From a virus (taxonomy: Duplodnaviria; Caudoviricetes), in the IMG/VR virus record IMGVR_UViG_3300048853_000044, positions 1 to 47,751 of that record: a stretch of 47,751 bases of DNA. One strand, given 5' to 3'. The translations under genes and the position numbers were made by a program. Each line of letters starts with the position of its first letter. The stretch's first letter is position 1. Below are positions 35,326 through 43,877 of the stretch, in pieces. The notes beneath the pieces are model-generated. The model made no database searches, was not told the DNA's origin, and saw nothing but the letters and a program-made list of their open reading frames with translations.

Positions 35326-36552
35326 ATGCTCGGCATCGGTCTAGGCCTCACCAGCGCGCGGCGGCGCGCGGCGCCTGCTGTCCCGCCTCAGGAGCTGATC
35401 GGCCAAGGCGAGCACTACGGCACGTTCTCCCGCGCCTCGCCGGCCTGGAGCCCTTCGTTCCCGATCACCGCCTTCGCCGCGGATGCTCCCCGCTGGAGCG
35501 CCGCCGGGCGCCTGATTATGGAGGGGGCGCGGACTGCGCTCGGGGGCAATCCCCGTGGTGAAGGTGCTGTTCTTGGCGTGCTCGGATCCGGCGGCGCCCT
35601 CCCCGCCGAATGGGTCATCAGCGCCAACGGCCTAGTCTACGAGGTCGTCAGCATCACTCCCGTAGGTGAGGTAAACCGCATCGGGCTTCGTGTTTCCGGT
35701 ACGGCGACGGGGACGAGCAACCGGATCCGCTTCACGAACTTCACCATCGCGCAAAACCAATACGTCACGGCCAGTGCTTTCCACAAAGCGGTCGCCGGCA
35801 CCCAGATAGGCCATACCCTGCGGCCGTCGTCCGACACGGTCGAAGACAATGGTTCCGGGTTCACCCCAGGCGTCTCGGACGCGCGTGTCCAGCGGATTAG
35901 GCTGCTGACCGAGGCCCCTAGCGGACTCCTGCGCATGGCCGACCGCGCCACGATGACCGCGAGCACCGGCTACAACTACACCTACGAGTTGATTGCGCCG
36001 CAGATCGAGACCGGACGGACCGCGAGCTCGCCGATCCTGCCGGCACCGGGATCCTACGGGTCAGCCACTCGAGCCCGGGACGCATTCAGCGCCATTCTGG
36101 CGGCCTTCGCGCAGAGCGGCGACTTCACCGTCCTGGCCGCCTTCCTCGTGCCGCAGGCGGCGCCCGCTGGTTCCGACCAGATCATCTGGCAGATCGATGA
36201 CGGCACCGACGCGAATGCGGTGCGCCTCCGCAACTCCGCTGGCGGCTCGGCTGTGACAGCAGAATTCGTGGTGGGTGGCACCGTCACGGCCTCGGTCTCC
36301 CTCGGCAACTACACCGCTGGCACGGCGACCAAGGCCATCGTCGGCGTGTCTGCGTCGGGGCTCTCTGCCGCACTGAGCGCCGGCGCCGTCCAGTCGGCTA
36401 GCGGCGCGCGACCGGCGGGGCTCGCCACGGCTCGCGGCGGCGGCGATGTAGCGGGGGCGTCGTGCCTGTTCGGAGAGCTCGGCCGTTGGCGAATCCAGCC
36501 TGGCCGGGTGCCTGACGGCAGCATGCCGGGCGTTTTGGCGGCGTTTGTGTAG
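35326..36552 (+). CDS. head-spike fibre protein (Rcc01080-like position)
   Basis: N-terminal MLGIGLGL anchor, TFSRAS..., APR...GRLIMEGARTAL, PQIETG...ATRARD; follows the spike base. Confidence 0.7.
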   Translation: MLGIGLGLTSARRRAAPAVPPQELIGQGEHYGTFSRASPAWSPSFPITAFAADAPRWSAAGRLIMEGARTALGGNPRGEGAVLGVLGSGGALPAEWVISANGLVYEVVSITPVGEVNRIGLRVSGTATGTSNRIRFTNFTIAQNQYVTASAFHKAVAGTQIGHTLRPSSDTVEDNGSGFTPGVSDARVQRIRLLTEAPSGLLRMADRATMTASTGYNYTYELIAPQIETGRTASSPILPAPGSYGSATRARDAFSAILAAFAQSGDFTVLAAFLVPQAAPAGSDQIIWQIDDGTDANAVRLRNSAGGSAVTAEFVVGGTVTASVSLGNYTAGTATKAIVGVSASGLSAALSAGAVQSASGARPAGLATARGGGDVAGASCLFGELGRWRIQPGRVPDGSMPGVLAAFV

Positions 36553-36571
36553 CGGAGGAACCTGGGGAGTA

Positions 36572-37276
36572 ATGAGCATGCCCAACTCCGGGATGACCGA
36601 CGCCGAACGGATCATCGAGCTCCAGACGCAGGTCGCTCGTCTCAGCGAGCGGACCCATGCGCAGAACAACGCGCAGCATGGCCAGCAGGCTTTGGTGGAG
36701 GTGTTGCGCGACATCAAGGCAGGGCAGACGGCGGCGGTGCAAAGCGCCGCTGTCCAGGCGGTCCAAGCGGCTCAGGTCGCCGCGGCGGCTCAACCCGTCC
36801 GGAAGGAGGATATCCCCGCCTGGACGAAGTGGCTCATGGTGTGCGGCACTCTGCTCGCGATCATGGGCACCATTGGCGGTGCCATTTGGGCGGTGTCTGG
36901 GACAAGCTCCACCGTTGCAGCTAACCTCGCGGCTCTGAATTCGTGGAAGATCGAGCAGACCACGGCCAACCTACCCGCCCGGATGCAGAACCTCGAGACC
37001 AGCGTGGATACTGCCCGGCGCCTCCGTGACCAGCAGCAGCAGTCCACGAGCGACCGGATGCGTGCGCTGGAGATCTCCGACCAGGCTGGCGCCGAGCGGC
37101 TCAACAGCGTGCTGCAGCAGCTCGCCACGATCACCGCTCAACTGCAGGCCCAGGCGTCGCGGATTGAGGAACTGCTGCGGCGGCAGGACCGATTAGAGAA
37201 CCGGCTGGGCGCGCGCCCTGGGGCGAACCAGCCGGCAGACCAGCCCACCTCCTTCATGCTGCCGCTGCTCTACTGA
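36572..37276 (+). CDS. single-TM coiled-coil membrane protein at the start of the lysis module
   Basis: TM WLMVCGTLLAIMGTIGGAIWAV and a long Gln/Leu coiled coil; GGGGAG RBS. Confidence 0.65.
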   Translation: MSMPNSGMTDAERIIELQTQVARLSERTHAQNNAQHGQQALVEVLRDIKAGQTAAVQSAAVQAVQAAQVAAAAQPVRKEDIPAWTKWLMVCGTLLAIMGTIGGAIWAVSGTSSTVAANLAALNSWKIEQTTANLPARMQNLETSVDTARRLRDQQQQSTSDRMRALEISDQAGAERLNSVLQQLATITAQLQAQASRIEELLRRQDRLENRLGARPGANQPADQPTSFMLPLLY

Positions 37277-37302
37277 CCGCGCGCGGCCGGGCGCCGCGCC
37301 TC

Positions 37303-38046
37303 TTACTTTGAGAGGGGCGCTAACCGCGCCGCTTTCTGAGCGTCAAAGCGGGCTCGGCGCTCTGGATTCCAAGGGGGCATAGGGTGAGCTTTCCCCGTCA
37401 GCGATGCGCGTATCTTCTCCCGCGTCTGCTCAGACACAGGGCGCCCAATGAGAAGAGCAGATATCTTTGCCTTCGACTCAGCTGAATGACCGATGCCGGT
37501 TCGAGCGGTAGACATTCGCGCTCGCGCTTCTGCAGACCGAGGAGGAAGCTTGATGCCCTTACGAGCCAAAACAGCCTTGGCGATAGTCTCGGCGGATTGC
37601 TTCTTTCCGCGGTTCGCAAGGCTGAGCTTTAGCCGCGTTTCAGGGCTCCTTGGGCCAATCTTTAGGCCCTTGCGAGCTGCGCTCATTCTGGCCCGCGCTT
37701 CTTCGCTTAATTTTCTACCATAGGTGCTACCGGCGGCAGGGCATGCGTTGAAGCCAGTCTTTGGATTGGCAGCACCGAGACAATCAATCCAGTGTTGTTC
37801 GCGCTTTATAAGCGTCTTGCAGTCGGCCAGTTCCAACACCTCCCAGCGCAAGCAGCTTTCGCCATGCTTGTCCCAATGGCGTTGCAAGAAGCGTGAATGG
37901 TGCTTGCCTTTAGTGAGTTGGCGCCGGTGCTCAAAGCATCGAGCTCTAATTTCCACACTAGAGCCCACGTAAACCCGGCCGGAAACGAGGCTGCGGATTA
38001 CGTAGATGCCAGAGACTTCGGATAGTTGTAGGATGCCGTCAGCCAT
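37303..38046 (-). CDS. free-standing GIY-YIG homing endonuclease with NUMOD3 repeats
   Basis: SGIYVI...VYVGSS..I..R..EH, REQHWID, GFN; six S.E.(R/K)..(M/L/I)S...G-type repeats; antisense within the lysis operon. Confidence 0.92.
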   Translation of the reverse strand: MADGILQLSEVSGIYVIRSLVSGRVYVGSSVEIRARCFEHRRQLTKGKHHSRFLQRHWDKHGESCLRWEVLELADCKTLIKREQHWIDCLGAANPKTGFNACPAAGSTYGRKLSEEARARMSAARKGLKIGPRSPETRLKLSLANRGKKQSAETIAKAVLARKGIKLPPRSAEARARMSTARTGIGHSAESKAKISALLIGRPVSEQTREKIRASLTGKAHPMPPWNPERRARFDAQKAARLAPLSK

Positions 38047-38162
38047 TCGTCGGTTCCATCGGCGATGTGGTTAGGGCGCGTTGGCTGCTCGAACAGCCGG
38101 CGTTCCCGCATAAGCCATCTTACAATTTCTGCCCCCCCAAAAGCCAGAAGTTGGAGATGCCA

Positions 38163-38753
38163 ATGCTTGCTGTATTGGGCACGTTGCTTGGTCTTGCGCC
38201 GTCACTTACGCGGTATTTGGCCGGCGACAAAGCTGCTCAGGTCGCTTCGATAGCCGTTGAAGCTATCGCCGGCACAACGGACCCAGAGAAGATCCGCGAT
38301 CTCCCCCCTGACAAGCAGGCCGAGCTGAGAATTGCACTTCAGCAAATAGCCCTGCAGCAGATGCAGTCCGAGCATGCGGACCGTGCCGATGCGCGCGATT
38401 TGGCCAGCAAGAGCAACCTCATCGCATGGGCGCAAGTGACTGGCGGCGCCTGCGTGCTGGCGACATGGGCGATTGCGCACTTAGTGGTGCTGTTCCTGGG
38501 CGTCCCGACCGAGAACGCAGGCACTTTCACCATTGTGCTGTCGGGCATCTCTACGGTGTTCGGCGCCATCGTTCAATTCTTTTTCGGCAACAGCACGTCT
38601 GCCAACAGCGCCAATGCGCGCATGGATCAGCTGGCGGCGAAGGCTCCTTTGCTTACGCAGCCGGCGCAGCCTGTCGCGATTGCGCCCACCGGCCCTGTCA
38701 GCACCGACAGCCTCAACGACGCGGCCCTGGCGCGCGCACGGGGGACGCCATGA
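38163..38753 (+). CDS. holin-like membrane protein
   Basis: N-terminal hydrophobic helix, DRADAR, two TMs and QFFFGNS motif; GGAG before ATG 38163; coupled to the endolysin. Confidence 0.7.
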   Translation: MLAVLGTLLGLAPSLTRYLAGDKAAQVASIAVEAIAGTTDPEKIRDLPPDKQAELRIALQQIALQQMQSEHADRADARDLASKSNLIAWAQVTGGACVLATWAIAHLVVLFLGVPTENAGTFTIVLSGISTVFGAIVQFFFGNSTSANSANARMDQLAAKAPLLTQPAQPVAIAPTGPVSTDSLNDAALARARGTP

Positions 38754-39244
38754 CCCACGCCGAGTTCCTGCGCCGCGTGATGCGGCCGGCAGCTGCGTGG
38801 GCCGAGCAGGCTGCTGGGGTGCGCTCGAGCCCGGAGGCACTGCGGTTCCTCCTGGCGATCGCTGGGCAAGAAAGCGGCTGTCAGCACCGCGCCCAGTTGC
38901 CCGTCGATTATGCGCACGGCTTCTGGCAGTTCGAGCGCGGCGGCGGCGTCAAGGGCGTCATGACCCACCGCGCCAGTACAGCCGCCGCGGCCGACCTATG
39001 CCAAGCCGCATCGGTGCGCTTCGAAGCTGCCGCCGTCTGGCGCGCCATCGAAGGGCATGACGGCCTAGCCTACGGGTTCGCCCGGCTGCTGCTGCTGACC
39101 GACCCCTACCGCATCCCGACCGACCAGGCGCCCGCGTGGGAATGCTACGCGGAGCGGCTATGGCGGCCTGGCCGGCCTCATGGAGCCAGCTGGAGCGGGC
39201 ACTGGTTTGCCGCCGGCATTGCTGTCTCGGCTGAGACGGCCTGA
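38750..39244 (+). CDS. endolysin (lysozyme-like fold)
   Basis: LLAIAGQES...HGFWQFERGGGVKGV...FARLLLLTDP...WRPGRPH family motifs. Confidence 0.85.
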   Translation: MTHAEFLRRVMRPAAAWAEQAAGVRSSPEALRFLLAIAGQESGCQHRAQLPVDYAHGFWQFERGGGVKGVMTHRASTAAAADLCQAASVRFEAAAVWRAIEGHDGLAYGFARLLLLTDPYRIPTDQAPAWECYAERLWRPGRPHGASWSGHWFAAGIAVSAETA

Positions 39245-39271
39245 TCCCCAACATGAAAGGAGGGCTGCTCT

Positions 39272-40771
39272 ATGCCCATTGAGATCGGCACCTATTGGGA
39301 CCACGACCTCGCCAACCTGGCCCGGTTCGAAAAGAACATCGGGATGAAGGTCGACCTCGGCCGCGCCGCCAACTGGACGAAGGACTGGGCGGATTTCGAG
39401 GGCGCTGGCCAGGCAGCCCGGGTGGTCGGCTACGGCCGCCGGCCGCAGGTGATGATGGTCCCCTTCCCGATGAACGGGAACTGGCGTGCCGCCGCTGCCG
39501 GCGACTACGACACCCATGTCGAGCAGTTCGCCAAGAACCTGGTGGCCGTTTCCCCCGGCACCTACACGCTGTGGGTCGGGGGCCCGGGATACGAAGTCAA
39601 TTGCGACTGGTGGTATTGCAGCGTCGGCGAGGGAAATGAGGGGCACTTCCGCGATTTCAGCCAGCGGATAGCCGACATCTTCGCCCGCGTGTCGCCCCGC
39701 CTAGTGCTCTGCCTGGCCATGTGCCTCGACCATCGATTCACCGGCAGGTTCACCGACCCGCGCAAGCTGTTCAAGAAGGGCGCGCACCGCGCGATCTTCC
39801 TGAATTGCTACTTCAAGCCGTTCTACAACGGCGGCGCCTACAACAACCTCGACCTCGCCCGGAAGAACCCCGAGGCGGCGCAGAAGGAGAACTGGCGCTA
39901 CTGGCGCAACGGGCCGGCCGGCCTCGATGCGATGGTCGCGCTCGCCGGCGAGCACGGGCTGCCCTGGGGAATCCCGGAGCTGGGTCTGTGCGGCCGGCCA
40001 TGGCGTGCGGAGGCGCAGGGCAAGTTCTCCTTCCAGCCCGGCGAGGCCCTGCCGCTCCACTGGTTCTGCGACACCCTGGGCGACTACCTCATCGCCAACG
40101 GCTGCGACGTGGTGCTGCACTGGTTCGATCAGAAGACCGGCGCCGGCGACTACACTGGCGATGTGTGGATGGGTGACACCCCCGAGACGGCCAAGGCGGT
40201 GACCGCGCTCTACCAGCGGCTTCGGGCGGCAAGCGATGTGACCGCCCCTGGCCCCGCCCCCACTCTCCCGCCTGCCCCCGCCCCGACCCTCCCGCCCGTC
40301 GTGGTGCAGCCCCCCTTGGTCGCGCCCCCGGCCAACCCGCTGCTCGACCTGCTCGGCCGCATCAACGGCGAGGCATCGGCGGCGCGCGGCAAGTTCCCCG
40401 AGCCGACCAACGGCAAGCTGCGCCAGGCCGAGCATCTGTCCTGGGCGGCGCTGGCCGCGACCGGCCGGAAGAACGGGCCCGTGGGCGCCAACGAAGAGAC
40501 CGACCCGACCGAGGCCGCCGTCGCCATCTACGGCCTGCTGGCGAACCACCAGCCCCTCGACGCCAGCGCCTCGGCGATGATCGACGGCTGGCTGCAGGCA
40601 ATCGAGACCCAGGTCGACGAGCAGTTGCCGGACCGCGAGACACCGGATCGGGTGGTGGTGCCGCCGCCGGGCGAGGTGGAGGCGCTGAAGGCGCAGGTTG
40701 TGGATTTGACGAAGCAGCTGAAGGCGATGCAGGCAAAAGTGGCGGCGGTCAGAACGGCTATAGCCGATTAG
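39272..40771 (+). CDS. GH26-like glycoside hydrolase with Pro linker and helical C-terminal domain
   Basis: AAAGDYD...FAKNL, PGYEVNCDWW (acid/base Glu position), PWGIPELG (nucleophile Glu position); AAGGAGG RBS. Confidence 0.7.
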   Translation: MPIEIGTYWDHDLANLARFEKNIGMKVDLGRAANWTKDWADFEGAGQAARVVGYGRRPQVMMVPFPMNGNWRAAAAGDYDTHVEQFAKNLVAVSPGTYTLWVGGPGYEVNCDWWYCSVGEGNEGHFRDFSQRIADIFARVSPRLVLCLAMCLDHRFTGRFTDPRKLFKKGAHRAIFLNCYFKPFYNGGAYNNLDLARKNPEAAQKENWRYWRNGPAGLDAMVALAGEHGLPWGIPELGLCGRPWRAEAQGKFSFQPGEALPLHWFCDTLGDYLIANGCDVVLHWFDQKTGAGDYTGDVWMGDTPETAKAVTALYQRLRAASDVTAPGPAPTLPPAPAPTLPPVVVQPPLVAPPANPLLDLLGRINGEASAARGKFPEPTNGKLRQAEHLSWAALAATGRKNGPVGANEETDPTEAAVAIYGLLANHQPLDASASAMIDGWLQAIETQVDEQLPDRETPDRVVVPPPGEVEALKAQVVDLTKQLKAMQAKVAAVRTAIAD

Positions 40772-40855
40772 CGGAGGGCAAGAATCGGGTGAGGATTTGC
40801 GAGCCTCGCAGTTCTAGCTTTAATTGGGGAGCCATCCCCAGGCTCGGAGCGTCGC

Positions 40856-41773
40856 GTGAAGGCCCAAACTGTCGAAATTTGCCATTCCGGCTTGGCAACG
40901 AAATTCTTTCACTTCAGCCGAGAAGGTGGACCGCCGCCAACCGAGTTTTGCCACTTCCGTCCTGATGGTGAGGTTGGGGGGAAAGGTATTGAGGACGCGA
41001 AGTCATGGCTCGTCACAGACGGATCTCTTCTGCTACTAGATCGGAAGAGGGCCTGCATAGCGCGCTTCGATGAAGCAGTTTCTAGCGATGGCCTCCTAAC
41101 ACTAGAGGGCCACCACACGATTGATCCGGCAGTTGTGCTGCGATTGCAGCAACAGCCCGGGCGACCGTCCCATAGCCGTACCAGAAGGGCGCTTTCAAAA
41201 GAAATTACCAGGTACGGCTGGAATATCGGCAACCATACCTACGGTGTGCCCTCCTTTGTTGAAAAGGGCTTGGCTAAACTCACAATTGGAAAATATTGCT
41301 CTATTGCTGAAGGAGTGAAGATCTCTTTCGGCAATCATCGAACAGACCTGATGAGCACCTATCCGTTCGCTACCTTAGATAGGTACTGGCCGCAAGTTCC
41401 TTTGGACGTGCCGGATCATGTGTCTAAGGGAGATGTGGTCATCGGCAGTGATGTTTGGATAGGTAGTGACGTTTTCATATCATCAGGTGTGACCATCGGA
41501 TCAGGCGCTGTCATCGGTGCTGGCTCTTTTGTCGCGAAGGACATCCCACCCTACGCGGTAGCCGTAGGACGTCCTGCCGCAATCATCAGGCACAGGTTCG
41601 AACCGGAGGTCATTGCCGATTTGCTTGAGCTGAAATGGTGGGACCTGCACGATCATGAGGTGGACGACCTTCTGCCGTTCATTATGTCGACCGACCACCA
41701 AACTTTCATCGCTCGCCTGCGCTTAGTGCGTCAGAGCCGCGAAGGATCGGCTGCCTTGTCGCGGAGCTTCTAA
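40856..41773 (+). CDS. CatB/Vat-like hexapeptide O-acetyltransferase with extra N-terminal domain (moron)
   Basis: LTIGKYCSIA, NHRTDLMSTYPF, SKGDVVIGSDVWIG, IGAGSFVAKDIPPYAVAVGRPA, LLELKWWD; AT-richer codon usage. Confidence 0.88.
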   Translation: MKAQTVEICHSGLATKFFHFSREGGPPPTEFCHFRPDGEVGGKGIEDAKSWLVTDGSLLLLDRKRACIARFDEAVSSDGLLTLEGHHTIDPAVVLRLQQQPGRPSHSRTRRALSKEITRYGWNIGNHTYGVPSFVEKGLAKLTIGKYCSIAEGVKISFGNHRTDLMSTYPFATLDRYWPQVPLDVPDHVSKGDVVIGSDVWIGSDVFISSGVTIGSGAVIGAGSFVAKDIPPYAVAVGRPAAIIRHRFEPEVIADLLELKWWDLHDHEVDDLLPFIMSTDHQTFIARLRLVRQSREGSAALSRSF

Positions 41774-41875
41774 GTTACACCTGCTATCGCTGGCAAAGGT
41801 GAAGGCGGCGCTGGCGGGATGAGAAACGGCGGTGGACACTTGCTCCCGGCGTCCGCCGCTTGGTAGCCTCCCGGA

Positions 41876-42118
41876 ATGAACAGCCACACCTTTCGAGCGC
41901 AGCTCGGCATCCTTATTGAAGCCCATGACCATGAGGGCGTCGACGCTCTTGTCTCCGAGTTCCTCGACAGCGACCAGGGCACCCGCTCCGACCGCATGCA
42001 CGAGATCGATCTGGTCAAAGCCACCTATCCCTTGGAGGGCGGCTTTGGTGGTGTCAGAGACGATCCGAGGGAGCGTGCTGTCCAGCAGCTTTACGAGACG
42101 GCCGCGCGCTACCTCTAA
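41876..42118 (+). CDS. hypothetical protein
   Basis: 80-aa ORF with GC-adapted codons. Confidence 0.45.
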   Translation: MNSHTFRAQLGILIEAHDHEGVDALVSEFLDSDQGTRSDRMHEIDLVKATYPLEGGFGGVRDDPRERAVQQLYETAARYL

Positions 42119-42329
42119 GCTTGATCCGCCGATTCGCGCTCGCTAGGCTTCTTCTGCTGCGGCAGCACGGAAGGACGTGCGGGGTGTGATCAGCCCCTCA
42201 TCGCCTGTCGCGAGGCAGGTCCGTTAAACGACCCACGAAGTCCAGGTTACGGGTCGGCCTCTGATGGTTGTTCGCCATTGGGGGTGCGGAAGTGGCAAGC
42301 CGGTTGTCGAGGCCGGTCCGCAGCATCAG

Positions 42330-42367
42330 ACGCCCCGCTGGGAGACCGGCGGGGCGTTCTGCGTTTT
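42330..42367 (+). terminator. GNRA-capped hairpin, probable (bidirectional) terminator
   Basis: ACGCCCCGCTGG-GAGA-CCGGCGGGGCGT followed by TCTGCGTTTT, between convergent ORFs. Confidence 0.6.
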
Positions 42368-42731
42368 AAACGCTCGACAGGGGGAAATTCCCAAAGATTA
42401 GCGACACGGGCCAGGGCACAGAGATCTGCCGAAGATCCATCCAGGCCGCCTCCTCCTGACGAGAGGTCGCAAACTGCCACGGATCCAGCCGCCAAGAAAA
42501 GCCGGAGCTCTGCGCAATCTGCCGCCACATCGCCGGCTCGTGGAGGAGGGCTTGGTTAGACGGCACCTCGTGTAAGCTATAGACCACTTGGCTGCCAGGG
42601 AGCTGACCGGGGACAGTGAGGACGTAAAAGCCCTTTGCACTCGGATAAACACCATCGTGGTAGTGACGCACGAAATGATAATTTTGGATGCCGCGGCCGA
42701 TCGACATCGCGCAGGGTACATTTTGAGTCAT
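42366..42731 (-). CDS. hypothetical protein
   Basis: Aromatic-rich 121-aa ORF downstream of an AT-rich divergent intergenic region. Confidence 0.5.
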   Translation of the reverse strand: MTQNVPCAMSIGRGIQNYHFVRHYHDGVYPSAKGFYVLTVPGQLPGSQVVYSLHEVPSNQALLHEPAMWRQIAQSSGFSWRLDPWQFATSRQEEAAWMDLRQISVPWPVSLIFGNFPLSSV

Positions 42732-42800
42732 AGTGTGCTCTAAAAATGGTAGTAACTGAAAAATAATATCTTATCTTCGAAATGAAGTCAAGTATTCGCC

Positions 42801-43046
42801 ATGAACAACCCGACGCCCAACCACGAGCCCAAGATCATCGACCGGGAGGACAGCGGCTGGCTGATCTACGAATACCGCGGCGCGACGTTCCGGTGCCAGT
42901 GCGTGCACAACCAGTTGCTGATGCCTGGCCACCCGTATGACAGCGCCTAGTTCGGCCACATAGACGGGCTGGTGAGCCTCGTAGACTACTGGCTCGACCG
43001 CCAGGCCCTGCCGCCGGGCTACCTTATGCCGGCTGGTCGCCCCTAG
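42801..43046 (+). pseudogene. 81-codon hypothetical gene interrupted by one in-frame TAG (42948-42950)
   Basis: MNNPTPNHEPKIIDREDSGWLIYEYRGATFRCQC...PYDSA*FGHIDGLVSLVDYWLDRQALPPGY...; codon bias continues past the stop. Confidence 0.6.
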
Positions 43047-43251
43047 CCGCTCGCTCTCGGCGCAGCACTGTCAGCAGCACCCGCATCTCACCAGAGACTT
43101 TCGACTCTCCAGTCGCGTAGCGGCGGACGGCTCGTGCCACGGTAACGGGTGGCCGCTCGTCGCCGTTGTCGAGCAGCCACCGCGCGAAGCTGGCTTGGGT
43201 CTCGCCGAGCTCTTCAAGAGCCTGGCGGAATCAGGCCGCCTCCTCCGTCAC
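43024..43251 (-). pseudogene. HTH gene (paralog of 43565-43852) with a nonsense codon at the conserved Trp (TGA 43233-43231)
   Basis: VTEEAA*FRQALEELGETQASFARWLLDNGDERP...GESKVSGEMRVLL aligns with EGAAWFKAQLEELGQTQSGFARWLEKRGDDRK...GEARVSGEMRVIL. Confidence 0.85.
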
Positions 43252-43418
43252 CTCAGCCATGAGCGGACCGTCTGAACTGCCCGGCGCCAGAAGCCGGGCT
43301 CGTCGTCGTTCGGCTCATTCCCGCCCCCTCTGACCCGCTTCACCTCAAACTTCACCTCGACCTTGAGGCGCGGGATGCGGATGCGCGGGCCGGCGTCGAT
43401 AGTGCCTGCATGTGCCAT
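43248..43418 (-). CDS. small protein with alternating beta-strand (LKVEVKFEVKRV) and amphipathic C-terminal helix
   Basis: Its stop overlaps the GTG of the HTH paralog (GTGA). Confidence 0.55.
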   Translation of the reverse strand: MAHAGTIDAGPRIRIPRLKVEVKFEVKRVRGGGNEPNDDEPGFWRRAVQTVRSWLR

Positions 43419-43497
43419 GCTTGTACCCACCCTAGACTGGAATTAACCTCAGCACTGGTGCGGTGTTGCAACCACCCCGCCCGGTACGGACCTTGGA

Positions 43498-43548
43498 CTA
43501 GAAGAACGGGTGAGGGTGACCTCCTAAGTCATCCTCATCCACCTCTAG
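43498..43548. repeat. CTAG-bracketed stem-loop element A
   Basis: CTAG-N6-GGGTGAGGGTGAC-loop-GTCATCCTCATCC-ACCT-CTAG. Confidence 0.7.
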
Positions 43549-43564
43549 CCCAATGCTCTGCGCT

Positions 43565-43852
43565 TCAGGCCGGCGCCGAATGGTGCTCCGACTTCTTCGC
43601 CTGCTTCTTGGCGCCCGCCTGCATCATGTTGAGGATCACGCGCATCTCGCCTGACACGCGCGCCTCGCCATTCGCCATGCGCTGGACGTGGCGCAGGATG
43701 GTGCCGGGCTTCCGGTCATCCCCGCGCTTCTCCAGCCACCTGGCGAAGCCGCTCTGCGTTTGGCCCAACTCCTCGAGCTGGGCCTTGAACCAGGCGGCGC
43801 CTTCCGGCGTGCCGGTGGTCGGCGGCGGACGTTCATCCATGGTTGTGCTCAT
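43565..43852 (-). CDS. XRE/Cro-like HTH protein
   Basis: FKAQLEELGQTQSGFARWL...HVQRMANGEARVSGEMRVIL; AAGGA RBS before ATG 43852. Confidence 0.8.
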   Translation of the reverse strand: MSTTMDERPPPTTGTPEGAAWFKAQLEELGQTQSGFARWLEKRGDDRKPGTILRHVQRMANGEARVSGEMRVILNMMQAGAKKQAKKSEHHSAPA

Positions 43853-43877
43853 CGCTTGATCCTTTCGGCCAGCGTTC

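Noticed and set aside
38157-38165. Lambda S-type dual start (Met-Pro-Met) in the holin
   Set aside because: There is no charged residue between the Mets and the first ATG abuts the Shine-Dalgarno.
40250-40297. C-rich direct repeat in the GH26-like gene as a contingency locus
   Set aside because: It encodes a Pro-rich linker (PAPTLPP twice) with synonymous differences and the frame is intact.
40856-41773. Calling the acetyltransferase a cat/vat antibiotic-resistance gene
   Set aside because: The motifs are shared by many sugar O-acetyltransferases, and the extra N-terminal domain is atypical; substrate cannot be read from sequence.
42948-43233. Stop-codon reassignment as the explanation for the in-frame TAG and TGA
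   Set aside because: TAG and TGA terminate many core genes normally, and no suppressor tRNA is visible.
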